A stretch of 64,000 bases of DNA from Octopus vulgaris (Eukaryota). How positions within the stretch are numbered: position 1 is the stretch's first letter; each line of letters begins with the position of its first letter. The notes under the pieces are model-generated. The model was not told where the DNA came from. It did no database searches and saw nothing but the letters and a program-made list of their open reading frames with translations. This document shows positions 24,381-37,599 of the stretch, piece after piece. Location of the stretch: positions 83,018,001 to 83,082,000 of the forward strand of contig OX597814.1 in NCBI GenBank assembly GCA_951406725.2, given 5' to 3'. The position numbers and the translations under genes are program-made.

Positions 24381-24620
24381 AAATCAATAAAGATTAACAG
24401 CTTTTAAAGTTCGCAAATTTTGGATAATTTTAGCCAGTCGAAAGCCACAGACATATAGGTGACTGTTTCCATAGTAACAGGCCACGTTTTTTTTTTGTCG
24501 CTTATTAAATGTTTAAAACGCATGTGGTATGGGATGTGCTAAAAATAACAGCTAATTAGGTCTTAAATCACGCACGAAATTTTTTTTTGCATAATCGTAT
24601 GAGTTCCCGCGTGTAAAATA

Positions 24621-24879
24621 TGTGGTGTGTGCACGATTTGAATATAAAGGCACCTACCTTCTCTTCCTCGCGATGGAGACCCTTCTGTGGTAGCTAATCC
24701 TTCGACACAGCCCCGACCCGAACACTAAAGATAGCAGTTGCTCACCCAAACTCTTAGCGACCGTCCTCACACGTCTTGTCACCTGGACGACCCACGTTGG
24801 AAAGGCCCAATTGACCGTTGCCTACGCACGCCTGACAGCTTCCCCTTCCGGTTGCCCCAGCTGCTGACGTCATCCCACA
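24621..24879 (-). repeat. 3' LTR (259 bp) of the Ty3/gypsy element
   Basis: Minus strand TGTGGG...CACCACA termini; preceded by purine-rich AGGGTGGCG (PPT-like) just after the integrase stop. Confidence 0.8.
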
Positions 24880-24892
24880 CGCCACCCTGATC

Positions 24893-27022
24893 TTAAAGAT
24901 CACAATCTCTCCGCTCCATGTCGTAGTCCACCATCCAACCGGGAGAGCGCCTTGCTCGTCGAGATCTTCTCAAGCTGGGCTCCTTGTTCTCCCCCTCTCC
25001 AGAATCGTCGTCCGTCGAAGCGACAATCCTGCGAAGGTCCAAGACGTGTCGTGGCGTTCCATCTACGGATACGTTGCTTCTGGAATTGACCGCCGTCACC
25101 GTTCCTCTGCTCCATTGAGACGTACAGCGCGCCTTTGGTGGCTTGACCCAGACTTCCTCCCCTATTTTCACGCGAACGGGTCCCTTCTCTTCCTCGTGAT
25201 CCTCCGGCGCTTTGCTCGGGTGCCTCCATTCATATTTGAACACAGCTCTCTGCGGCACAGATTCTTCAGCTTGTCCGGATCGGGGAGACAAGTTGTACCA
25301 AAAAACTGCTTCAAGCGGCGAAATGTGCCCTCTTTCCACTATGGCCTTGACTGTCCGATGGTGCCTCTCTACGATCCCGTTACCGCTCGGCCTATACGCT
25401 GCTCTGAACAAGCGTCGCACATTCCACCGATTAAGCATAACCCTCAATGCTTCCGAACGAAACGCCGCCCCGTTGTCCATCAGTAGTTCTTCCACGGGAC
25501 CTCTCTCTAAGAATATCCCGTTCAGGACCTGCGCGATCTCGTCAGCAATGCCCGATCTCAATTCCCTCCAAATGGCCAGCCGGCCCGGCCCGCAGTCGAC
25601 CATGGAGAGGTACATTCGCTGACGGTAGTGTGTCACATCCACAGCTAGCCTTTTCCAGTTCTGCTCCACGGAAAGGCTTCCCTGTTCATGCCCACACGGA
25701 GCAGGGTCGATGGACTGACACCTGTCACAGCTCCCGACCACCTTCCGGATGCTTCTCCTAGTGACGTCAGCATCAATTTTCTTCGCCAGATACAGGGTCC
25801 TGTCCACACCCAGGATAGCATGCAGTTTCTTCAGTTCAGAGTCATCCAACCGACACGCCGCAGCTATCCCTTTCGGGGCCTCCTCCTGTTCTTCCAACCA
25901 CGCTCTTTTCACCCTGGTCAGTACGTCCGCCCTGTTTTTCTCTGAAGGCACGAAAACCACGCTCAGCTTCAATCCGAACTCGGCAACCAATTCACCTAGA
26001 ACTCCTAGACGGCGCTTAACTAACAACTCCGTAGCACCTTTCGTCCGCACTCTCCTTTCACCGGTGATCACCGATCCTACTCAGCCAAGCACAGTGGCCG
26101 AATCCGTCCGGATTTCAATCGTGCGCAGCCCCCATTTCAAGGCCAAGTTCACCCCTTTCAGCACCGCGTCTAATTCGGCGACATTGATGTGGTTGAAATC
26201 ATCTGCTTTCCGAAGCCAGGCCGCGTCCTCCACCGCAGCGCCTTCGATTGCCAACACCACCCCTATCGCTATACTGCTGGCATCACACCAGACGGTCCCG
26301 CATTCCGTCTTGGGCACGTATCAGATCCCCCTAACCGGGTCTTCCGCTCTCGTCCTCTCTAGGATTTCCTGCATCATCACCATCGTCCTCCTCCCACCTT
26401 GTCGCCCCACCTCTCCCCTTTTGCTCGTCTCTTGGTGTAACTACACGCCGTGCGCAGCCATCCAGCGATCGGGTAGTGACCGTCCAACTTCCCACACACC
26501 GAGAACAGCTCTCTCCTGCTGACGCTGGAACTCAGCTCTGGGATCTCATTTCCTCTCCGGAACACCAATTCACCCGATCCATCTCTTCGCAGCTTCAGCC
26601 CCAGCGCGGCTCCCCCTTCAATTGACTCCGGTGGCTTAGCAATCAGACCGAACTTCTCCAGATGACTAACTACCTCGTCGGCTGGCACTACAGTTTCGTC
26701 CACCAAAATGTCGTCAATGTAGGAGCTGGTGGCCTTTCTGATCTTGCCGTCTTTCCCTAGGACGGACCTAAGCACTGCCGCCATGATCTTCGGAGCGGAA
26801 TTCAGCCCGAAACCCAGCCTGGTTAAACAGTACGTCCGGCCCTTGTACCGCACCAGCTGATATCGCCACAGTTTGTCGCTCACATGGAGCTGCAAGTATG
26901 CCGATCTCAAGTCGACAATCGTTGCTGCCTCGGTCGACTGTCTCCACTTACGTAACACCTCGCCACAAACGTCTGTTGCCTCACCTCCCGTGTGACACGA
27001 TATGTGCTGGTTTAGCTCCCTG
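24893..27022 (-). pseudogene. Gypsy pol (RT, RNase H, integrase) with a frameshift near 26390 and a TGA at 26081-26083
   Basis: IVDLRSAYLQ, RLGFGLNSAP, YIDDILV; WCDAS, INVAELDAV, IRTDS, NRADVLTR; C..C, AVDVTH, MDNGAAF, NGIVERHHRT. Confidence 0.93.
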
Positions 27023-28461
27023 ATTCGTTAATATCCAGGATATGTTGCCTGACCAAGTATGGTATGATCCTGGTTACTAACGCTGCAAGGTTTCGATTCT
27101 AGGATTCGTTGCATTGCAAAAATAGTAAAATGTGAGAAAACTAGTTGCCATGTCTTTGCATCTCGTCCAAATAAACATAAGAAAGACACAAACATTACAC
27201 CAGTCATGGGCAACCTGCGGTTCACATGAATTTCTGAATGACGTACCGAACAAAAAATTACCTTTATTGTTCTTAGTAGTGCGACCCACCTGATGATGAA
27301 CCATGTCTCATGTGGCCCTCTTCTATGCTTGCACTATACTATCCTATCATCAATCCCTGAAAACTTGGTGATATTAAGTAAAAAAAAAAAATTGTTTTAT
27401 TAGCGGTAATGTTCGCTATAGAATTCTAAACCTGTAAGTAGATTTTTTCTCTCATTTGCATCATCGAAAAAAAAAAAAAAAGGTGGTGGAGGGTTGACAT
27501 CATAACTTCCCATTGGAATTAGAGGAAGTCCTGGAAGAGATGTCACAAAGATCTTTATTTTTAGAGTAAAGGAAATCAAATGCTACAGTATTTGTGCCTT
27601 TTATGTGGATAGAAACCAAAATGCGATATTTGCTCGCATAGTAACTTATTGTACTCAATTATAAAAGTAATTTTTTTCACTACTCATAAGGTCAATTTTT
27701 CTCACAAATGTATAAATGATTGAATACTGATACCGGCACCAATTTTTTCAGCGTCTAAGAGAATAATAACAAGGACTCTTGTTTCAATTCTTCGCCACTC
27801 TCTTGCCTCGTTCCAAATGGTTTCTGTCATTTTTTTTTTTTTTTTGAGAGCTTGTAAACACTAAGCCGAATCGCATTCTTCCCTTCAGTGATGGCTGGTT
27901 TCTGGTTGGCAGACTTTGAAACAGTAGAGGCAGATATTACAAAATGTATTACAACTGTTGCGTTAACGAATACTGAGTCTGGATGCGTTTGTACAGAATT
28001 CCATGAATATAGATTTGTTATTTTCTTTCTGGACCTTTAATTTGACTGGAGATAAATTTTGTCGGGGTGAAAAATGGGATATTTTTTTTTTATTTATAAG
28101 AAATTGCAAGAGAGTGTTATAATTGTTTTCAGCATTCTGTAGAGACGTAGTGGTCTGAGAGTTACAGTAAAGACAAATCCGAGACATGATCTCGATTCAC
28201 TAGCAACTTTAATGGTACTCACTATAGCAGAATGTCAGGAAATATAATGAGTTTTTCGGCATTTTTTTTTTTTTTACAGCTGGTCAACTTTTACATATCT
28301 CTCAACTACTGCAGAGGCTGCACTCCGCTAGCAATAATAAACGATACAACTGACGTTGCTGCTGCTGCTCTCCTCTTAATGCTTTTGTTACTCTTCGCCC
28401 ACTACTTTGCTTTCTCCTTTTCTTCTTTAGTGTTCATCTTTTCTTACATTTTTTTCTCACG

Positions 28462-28473
28462 TCTTCTTCCTCT

Positions 28474-28505
<32 letters not shown>

Positions 28506-28561
28506 TTCTTCTTCTTCTTCTTCTTCTTCTTCTTCTTCTTCTTCTTCTTCTTCGTCTTCTT
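28462..28561. repeat. (CTT)n microsatellite
   Basis: Long trinucleotide run. Confidence 0.95.
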
Positions 28562-28663
28562 CAATTGTTTTTGTTTATTTCGATTTACATATCGTATTTC
28601 TTACCACTTCTTTCTTTTCCCGCTCTTTTCCCGTTTCTCTCGTCCCGATGGAATCCATCTCAT

Positions 28664-28707
<44 letters not shown>
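28664..28707. repeat. (CT)n microsatellite within a ~1.1-kb pyrimidine-rich tract (28400-29530)
   Basis: Direct reading. Confidence 0.9.
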
Positions 28708-28709
<2 letters not shown>

Positions 28710-29556
28710 GTTTTTTTCTCATGCTACGTTCACGTTTCTTTCATTCCTATTCTATCTCACTTCTATTATTTTATTATTCCATTCATATTTAGGATGCTTT
28801 TTTCATGAACTTCGTTTCTTTCTGATCCTTCTTTCCTTTTTCGTGTCTCTTTCTTTTAAATCCCTCCTGATTATTTTCTTCCCCCTTTTGTTCCTCTTCA
28901 ATTCCATTTCTTTTATTTTTTCTCTTCTCTTTCTATTTTTCACATACTTATATTCACATTTTTTCGCCACTATCCCACTATCTTACCACTTCTATCACTC
29001 TCCCGCCACTTAAATCAGTTTTCTCACATGTTCCTACTATCTCTTAGTTTCATTCGGTCCAACACCATCCATTGATCAGTTCACCATTTCTTCCTTTGAT
29101 CCACTTCTTTCCTCTTTCTTTCTCTCATATCTTTCACGTTTTTATCCCATTTTCACATTTACTAATTTCTTTCCCATTCCATCAATCTTCATTTATTTTA
29201 TATCTTTGTAATTCTATTCTCTCCGATTCCAACCGATTCTTTTTACTCTTCTCTTTCTCCATCTGCTCTAAGCATTCTCCCCAGCTCTTCTTTTACCCGC
29301 TTTCTTTCCTCTCAGTCTCTCTTCCTTACTCCTCCTCAGTCATTAACCCTCCTCACTTTCACACTCACTATTTTTTTACAATTTCGATGTAATCCCTCCC
29401 CTTATATCTCTCTGCAACACTCCCTCTTATCTTTCTGCCTTTTCCTCCTCTTCCTCCCTCCCCCACTCTCGATCACTTTCTTTCCTCCCTCCTTTCACTT
29501 TCCTTTTCTCTCACTTTCACTCCCTCTCCATCTCACTGGATCTTTTGCCTCTCTTG

Positions 29557-29894
29557 TCAGTCATACACCGTTCTGTTCAGTTCTGTTCTTGTGTGTTCAG
29601 CTCCACCCTTCACCGTACTGTTGCAGACGACAGTTGCTACAGTAGAGGAATGATGCTTATCGTTGCCAATTTCCACTGGCCCTTCAGTATTGATTTGAGA
29701 AATCAGGCAAAAGATTTCAGATTCATAACTCTAACTCAATGGAAAACAAAGCTAAGGTGGTCATAAATTTAAGGGAAGAACAAGAAAAGAGGTGAAATAA
29801 AAGTTGACAATAAATTTCCGTGAAGAAATGAAACACGAAAAATATTCCTAATACTTAAAAAAAAAAGACAGAAAAAACATATACTGTGTATTCG
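29557..29894 (+). other. Candidate non-coding first exon of a host gene
   Basis: Inr-like TCAGTC at 29557 after a pyrimidine tract; strong donor CG|GTGAGT at 29895. Confidence 0.35.
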
Positions 29895-30468
29895 GTGAGT
29901 GAAATGTTTACTTAACAAACTTAATGTTTTAGGAAAATATTCATATCATTGAGGAATGTTTGTTTATTGTATGTTTTCTCAAGCAATAACTATAAGAGAG
30001 ATAAAATTTGAGAACAAAAGAAAACAATGAACAAACTTAAAGGATCAACTTCGTAACTACATATTCTAACAAGGCGGACATATATATATATATTCATTGA
30101 ATTTCGAAAGTAGTCACCTAAAAGTATAAAAGGTACGCTAAAAGTACACAAAATAATATACTCACTCCGAGAAACAATAAAGAGAAGGAAATAAAACTAA
30201 CGAAAAATGTCAACTTGAATAACACAGGGAAATGTTATTTTACTGAATTTACTACACATATACGCATACATATATTTTGCATTATTATATATGTATACAT
30301 TACTCGTATAGGATCATAAGTTAAGTTCACGAGTTCACATTTCGTTCAGACTTAGTTAAACGGAAAACAGTAATAAAGAGAAAATTTTAAAATCCTTGAA
30401 GAACCTGTGGAAGTAAAAGGGAGAAAAAAGGCCGAATTCCTCCTGGAATAGCATGGCCACAGTTGGAG

Positions 30469-30568
30469 ATGTACACTGATTTGGGTCCTTGTGATCAAGA
30501 TTCCGACGAATGTATTTCTCTGAATGAGTTTCACGTTTGTAACCAGGAATGCCCACTTCTTTCCAAAG
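30469..30568 (+). CDS. Candidate first coding exon (MYTDLGPCDQDSDECISLNEFHVCNQECPLLSK, phase 1); gene unidentified
   Basis: Acceptor TTCGTTCAG| at 30349, donor AAG|GTAAAT at 30569; non-repetitive, more GC-rich open frame. Confidence 0.45.
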
Positions 30569-30689
30569 GTAAATATATATTATATGTATATATTGTTTTT
30601 TGTTTCTATTCTCTAAATAAATGTTCTTCAACTCTATACGTGGATTTAGAAATCGTCGCAAAGACCATACTGGAGCAGTAAAATCGGAT

Positions 30690-30862
30690 ATTCGTATATG
30701 AATGTGTGTGTATGTATATATATGTACATATATAGACATATATACTGACACAAATATATCTATCAATCTATCCATCTATCCACACACATAGGTACACACA
30801 CAGGTGTGAAAATGCATGTGTGCGTATATGTATATAAATATTCATGTGTATGTATGTATATA

Positions 30863-30909
<47 letters not shown>

Positions 30910-30926
30910 ATATATGTGTGTATATA

Positions 30927-31012
<86 letters not shown>

Positions 31013-31200
31013 GCATATATGTGTGAATAGAAATATGAGTATATATAAGTATACAGATGTATGTATATATATGGGTGTATACGAAATACATTTATGGGAA
31101 AATATGTATTTATGTATATATATATGTGTATGTATATGTATGTGTCTATCTATCTATCTATATATATATATATATACACATATATACACACACACACACA
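30690..31200. repeat. Compound (TA)/(TG) microsatellite block
   Basis: Direct reading. Confidence 0.9.
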
Positions 31201-31229
31201 TGACTATACATGGACATAAATATACATAG

Positions 31230-32840
31230 CATATCATCCTCATTATCATCCAGTCTTTATTGCTTTCATGGGTCGGACGAAATTTATTGAGGTAGCTTCC
31301 CTTGTTGCGAACCCTTACCTGTTTCCTAGTAATGTCCCCCATGGCAAGGCATGTTTTTGCAGACTTGTAAATGCCATTCATTTACAGCAATCACGTGATG
31401 TCAAGACAAAGAGACAAAACACTGGTATAAGTAGAAGACACTTAACTAAGGTACCATGCTGTAGGACTGAACTTGAAATCATAGAGTTGGGAAGCAAACT
31501 GCCTAACTATATTGCCACTTCTGTACCCCTCACTTTATACACACACATATAATTATTAGAAACAGAAGCAGTATTAATACAAAAAGATAATGTTTATCCT
31601 CACTTAAAAGTGGATACACTGAAAACCAATATAAAATTTCCTCTCATGGTAACTATTGCAGTATTGTATTCTAACACATCATCCTCTTTTAAGTGGGGGT
31701 ATATATATATATATATACATACACACGCACATAAATACATACATAGGTTAGGCTATGTGTTGAAGAAACTCACTATCCAATAACATGATTTTGTCTTACT
31801 GTGGACTACCTTAGTCAAGTATATTCTGTTATAACTGAGCTGACCAAGGACTTGTGAGTGGATTTGGTAAATGGAAACTGAAAGAAGCCTGTGGTGTATG
31901 TGTGTGAGTGTGTATTTGTGTCTCCTCTTGATATCATGCCATAGTTGAAAATGAGTGTAACTGTCATTTATTGCCAATATCCCGTGGAAAGATGTGTGGC
32001 AATGGGGAAACATCATCTTGTTTAGAAACACATGAAGTCTGAAGACACAAAGGGCATCTGGACATTGAAAATCTGCCTCAATAAACTCAAACACATGCAA
32101 GTATGAAGAGTGACTGTTAATATGATGATGTGTGTGTGTATATTTGTATCTATATGTGTGTGTACATATTATACACATGTGTATGCAATATATATACATT
32201 TATATGTATGTATACATGTGTTATGTAAATGTATGTGTATTTATTTCTCTATATAATGTATGTATGTGTATACATATTTATGTATGTGTGTATGTATATA
32301 TGTATGTATGTACACACTCAGATATACACATGCTCACTCTAAAGCATATGTATATTGAGTTCTAACAACTGTTTATTAGTATCACTATGCCTAAGTGAAA
32401 TCATAAAACATATTTGTATATACAAATGTATATAGGTATAAGTATGTATATATAAATATCAAACTTGCACTGGTCAAAGAGAATTTGTTGAGGCAGATTT
32501 TCTATTGTTGGATGCCCTTCCTGTTGCCAACTCTCATTTGTTTCGAAGCAAGGTAATATTTCCCCATGGCCAAATATATATTTCACAGAATACTGGAAAC
32601 CAACAACGTCACTTGTTGGTGACTCTCGCTTACAACCATCATGTGATAAGACAACAGTGCATATGCATACACGCTCACACATCGGTACATATATACAATG
32701 TGTTTCTTTCAGTTTCTGTCTACCAAATCCATTCACAAGTTCTTGGTTGGCCTAGTGCTATTGTAGAAGTTACTTGACTAAAATGCTGCACAGTGGGACT
32801 GAACCTGAAACCACATGGTTAAGAAACACGCTTTTTAACC
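31230..32840. mobile_element. Cluster of degraded composite B/C-type SINE copies (about 31230-31530 -, 31770-32128 +, 32460-32840 -)
   Basis: Shared motifs AATTTGTTGAGGCAGATTTTC, TCCCCATGGC, AGTTTC..TACCAAATCC in both orientations. Confidence 0.65.
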
Positions 32841-32939
32841 ACTCATTGTCTATGTGTGTGTGTGTGTATACACAAACATTCACATATGTACATATAGATA
32901 TTATATGTTATACATGTGTACATACATGTATATACACGA

Positions 32940-33360
32940 TATAATGAGCAAATATAATAAAAAGAGAAAATGAGAAGGGCATGTTAAACAAAAGTGTTAT
33001 TACTGTAATTTTTGAGAGGAAGGAAAAGTGTCTTTAACGTTTTGGATTCTAAACCTTCATCAGAAAAAGGATAGAAGGGAAAGAAAAAGGAGGAAAGATG
33101 GGGGAGGAAAAAATGAAAAGGACTCAGGGGCCAGGTGAGATGCAGTTGTGTGTGAAAGAATTAGATGTGTATATGTAGGAAGGTATTCATGTATGAAGAC
33201 AGGTATGGGAGAGGTGTGGGGTGCAGGTGGTTTTTGGGATGTGTGGAGAGGTGCAAGTGTGGGAGTGTAGTGGTGTGTGATAGGCTGTGTGTGAGAGGAG
33301 GTGAGTAGGTGTGAATGTAATGTAGGTGAGAGGATGTCTTGGTGGAGTTGAAAAGGAAGG
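32940..33360 (-). mobile_element. Degraded Penelope-like terminal repeat with hammerhead relic
   Basis: Minus strand 33068-33031: TTTTT-CTGATGA-AGGTTTAGAATCC-AAAAC-GTT-AAAGA. Confidence 0.5.
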
Positions 33361-33919
33361 TAAGACATATTTATATATATGTGTGTGTGTGTGTATGCAC
33401 ATGTATATGTATGCGTGTGTATATGTATATATATATGTATGTATGTATACATATAATGTTCATCTATTTCTCTGTCTGTCTGTCTATCTAACATTAGAAA
33501 AAAACTCTCATATAGACACCCATCTTTATTTATTTCTTCACAGTTTCTACTGGTCATTCTCTCTCTTTCTTCTTCAAGAACCTGCTTTCTTCATCTCCTC
33601 ACTTCTCTCATACTTGTCCCATAGCTTGAAGCTGACCACCCCCTCCTGTCCCATGGGGTTTATAGTCTTGTGAGCTGCATGGCAACTTCAACAGTGCTGC
33701 TGCCACAATAGAAGTATCCAGTACATCCTGTAAAGTGGTAGGTGTTAGGAAGGGTACCCAGTTGTAGAAACCATGTAAAAAAAGATGCTACTGCTCAGTG
33801 CAGTCCTTGGACCCATCAGATCCTGTCCAAGCCATCCAATGCATGTCAGCATGGAACATGAATCTTAAATGATGATCTTAGGTGTATAAATATATTATCT
33901 GTCTGTTAACTATATATAT

Positions 33920-34227
33920 CTGTGATCACCGTGACCGACCAGGCTATCAGATGTTGCTACACATCGCTGGTCACAATGCGTTTCACATTGTTTTAGCCTT
34001 CAAATGACGCCACCCCGCTGGTTAAGCGAGCAGGCCAACAGAAGAAAGAGTGAGAGAAAGTTGTGGCGAAAGAGTACAGCAGGGATCGCCACCACCCTCT
34101 GCCGGAGCTTCATGGAGCTTTAGGTGTTTTCGCTCAATAAACACTCACAACGCCCGGTCTGAGAATCGAAACCGCAATCCTACAACCGCGAGTCCGCTGC
34201 CCTAACCACTAGGCCATTGCACCTCCA
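33920..34227 (-). mobile_element. tRNA(Arg)-like SINE (octopus OR-type), well preserved
   Basis: Minus strand TGGCCTAGTGG (A box), GGACTCGCGG anticodon-like loop, GGTTTCGATTC (B box); TA-flanked. Confidence 0.8.
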
Positions 34228-34247
34228 TATATATATATATATATACA

Positions 34248-34660
34248 CCTTTTATCTTTTACTCGTTTCAGTCATTTGACTGTGACCATGCTGGAGCACC
34301 GCCTTGAAGGGTTGTAGTGCTCTTAGACTTATTTTTTGAAGCCTAGTACTTATTCTGTCAGTCCTTTTTGCTGAACCGTTAAGTTATGGGGACATAAACA
34401 TACCACCACCTGTTGTCAAGTGGTGGCATGAGACAAACAAACACAAAGATACACACACATAGATATGTACGTACATATATATATATGTATATATATACAC
34501 AACAGGCATCTTTCAGTTTCCATCTACCAAATCCATTCATGCAGCTTTGGTTAGCCTGAGACTATAGTAGAAGACACTTGCCCAAGGTGTCATGCAGTGG
34601 GACTGAACCCGAAACCATGTGGTTGAGAAGCAAGCTTCTTACCACACAGCCATGCCTGCA
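34248..34660 (-). mobile_element. SINE family B, full length
   Basis: GCAGGCATGGCTGTGTGGTAAGAAGCTTG head through GCTCCAGCATGG..ATGACTGAAAC tail. Confidence 0.85.
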
Positions 34661-34895
34661 TATATAAATAATTATTTAAACTTTGGTTATACAGTTGATT
34701 AAAGCACTTTCACTGTCTGTAGCTACCTAATATCATCCACAGTTTTAATGGATCTCCTCAGGAATTCTGCATTGTTCATTGAGTATATTAACAAATGAGG
34801 GGAAACAGAAAATGGAATTCACAAGACTATTATAAAGATTCTCGTGAATTCCATTTACCATTTCCTTCATTTGTTATATATAAATATATATATAG

Positions 34896-35375
34896 GCACT
34901 GGCATGGCTGTGTGGTAAGAAGCTTGCTTCCCAACCACATGGTTCTGAGTTCAGTTCCACTGTGTGACACCTTGGGCAAGTGTCTTCTACTATAGCCTCA
35001 GGGTGACCAGATCGTTATGAGTGGATTTAGTGGACAGAAACTGAAAGAAGCCTGTTGTGCATATATATATATATACATGTATTTATATATATATATACAT
35101 GTATTTATATATATATATACATGTATTTATATATATATATATATATTTATGTGTGTCTAATTTTGTGTCTGTGTTTGTCTCACCACTATTGCTTGATAAC
35201 CAGTGTTGGTATGTTTACATCCACGTAACTTAGTGGTTCGGCAAAAGAGACTAAATACTAGGCTTCAAAAGAAGAAGTCCTGGGATTGATTTCTTCAACT
35301 AAAAAACTCTTTAAGGCAGTGCTCCAGCATGGCCGCAGTAAAAAAAATGACTGAAACATGTAAAACAATAAAAGG
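34896..35375 (+). mobile_element. SINE family B, full length; internal 22-bp unit x3 (35063-35128)
   Basis: Same head and tail on + strand; (ATATATATATATACATGTATTT)x3. Confidence 0.85.
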
Positions 35376-35377
35376 AA

Positions 35378-35424
<47 letters not shown>

Positions 35425-36282
35425 TGTTGATCAGATTAACTGAAACTCTCATTGTTGTAAACAATAGAGTGCCATATAGCTTTTAAAGCCCTTACTAGCA
35501 ATTCATCTACTCCTAAGTTCCTTAGGGCCCACTAGATAGCAGAAGGAGAGAATCTTTTTGAAAACCCTTCTCAAGATCACCAAATGGAAAGTATAGAAGC
35601 TAACTTTCAGCTAAGTATTTCTCTTGCAGTTGTATCACTAATAATATGGTATTAGGTGTATGTCTTCCTGGTGCAAAGCCAAACTGCATCTCATCAAGGA
35701 TAATCCTGTTCCCAATCAGTTTTATAACTTCAACAATCTGATGTCTGTGTAATTACCCCACTCTCTCTCTCTCCCTTGAGAACTTCACTTGTCTTTATTA
35801 ATGTTTATAATAATGTTGCAACACCACTTACAAGGTATGATACCTGTTAGTATTCCCTGTTCAACTATTTGAAAAACTAAGCTGTGTACCCTGCTTTACT
35901 CAGATGTTTTAAGCATACCAATGACTGTCTTTGATGAACCAATGGCTTTCCCTACCTCTATATATTTACTTACCCATTCTAGCATACTTCTGTCAACTTA
36001 ACAGGCTAATGCCTCTGTTGGTCCGACTTGGGGCAGACTTAAACTCTCTCATGCATTGTCCAAACTCTCCAGCCTGTTATAACACTTTCATGCATATCTA
36101 CATCAATAACTCTGCCTTTATATGAGTGACTGGACAAAAGAAAGAGGCACTCAACACATTTAATACAAGTTACAGATAGTATTATTCAAAACAGTTTGAT
36201 TTGGCTCCATGTAACTTAAGTTTTGTAGGCTTCTCACTGAAACATAGGTAGGTTTCTTACAGAAGACACACACGCACACAGG

Positions 36283-36286
36283 TATA

Positions 36287-36327
<41 letters not shown>

Positions 36328-36371
36328 TGTATATATATATAGAGATGTATGTGTATATATATGTAGAGATG

Positions 36372-36408
<37 letters not shown>

Positions 36409-36568
36409 TTGTGTAGATATGTGTGTATATATATGTATATATATGTGTGTACATATTTAAATATGTATGTATATATACGTGTGTATATATATATGCATAT
36501 ATGTATGTGTGTGTATATATTGTGTGTGTGTATATATGTATATATATATGTGTGTGTGTATATATATG

Positions 36569-36625
<57 letters not shown>

Positions 36626-36700
36626 GCACATATAGAGCTATACATATACTCATATACATCTACGTATATGTTTATATATTCATCTAAATATATACCTAGA
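36283..36700. repeat. Compound (TA)/(TG) microsatellite block
   Basis: Direct reading. Confidence 0.9.
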
Positions 36701-36870
36701 TAGAGGATGTGGATGCTCAGAGCAGTTGATGTCTACATGGGTGTCTAATTTATTGTTAGTGGCTGCAACAGCCTGTTGAGTCTATGGGGTATGTGTGCAT
36801 TTGTACAACAGAGTTTGCGAAACAGTTGGGTATCTGTGAGCTGGAGGTGAGGAGGGGTGAATGTGTTTTC

Positions 36871-36909
<39 letters not shown>

Positions 36910-37599
36910 CATATAGACATTTTTTGTGTATATATATCCTTACTCCATAAAGCAATATAGTCACTGAACGTCTACTTAAATGCTCAATTGCATCTCTGTG
37001 TTTTGTTGCTTCATATCATACTTGGTTGTCTTATAGTTTTATGACCTTATTTAATAATGTATCTTTATTAACAGAACATAGTACCTGCTCATTGAATACT
37101 TATCAGTTTTTTTTAATTATATATTTATTTCATTTATGAGTAATTATTATAAGTAGGTTTATTAACTATGAAAGGAGCTGTACTTTAGTCCAAATCATTC
37201 TAAACCATGATATCCCCTGTAGACAACCAGCTACAGGCAAATAACGAAATGTGTTATAATTGAACTAAGCGAAGCCAACTTTAATGAGCAAGGTACTTTT
37301 GAAAAGTCACCTGATTAGACACATCTGCACCAAATGATGTACCACAACCAGTTCAGATTCTCACCTGTGAAGGACCAATGCACAATTGGTCAAAATGACT
37401 GTAGTGATTAATAAAGAATCTCATGAATTCTATTTTCTCTTTGTCTCATTTGTTGGATCTGAAGGAATTCCTAAAGTAAATCCAGTAGTACTTATATCCA
37501 TACTGTTGATGTCATCAGGTAGCCAAAAACAGTGAATGTGCCTTACATGGCATGCTACCAGGTGTATACCCAAATTTAAAATTACTACTTGTGTGTGTA

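Larger units (their letters stand above)
24621..27022 (-). mobile_element. Ty3/gypsy LTR retrotransposon, 5'-truncated inside RT
   Basis: GC-rich block; RT-RNaseH-integrase order; 3' LTR present; gag, protease and 5' LTR absent. Confidence 0.92.

Noticed and set aside
25046-26522. Long + strand ORFs
   Set aside because: Antisense shadows of the GC-rich gypsy pol.
28232-29392. Leu/Phe/Ser-rich membrane-like ORFs
   Set aside because: Artefact of stop-poor (CTT)n and pyrimidine-rich DNA.
30768-31229. YIYI/VCVC-rich ORFs (also 4184-5166, 36234-36703, 47603-48087, 62464-62840)
   Set aside because: Translations of (TA)n/(TG)n microsatellites.
34150-34227. tRNA-Arg gene
   Set aside because: Continues into a SINE body with no proper acceptor stem or terminator; it is a SINE head.
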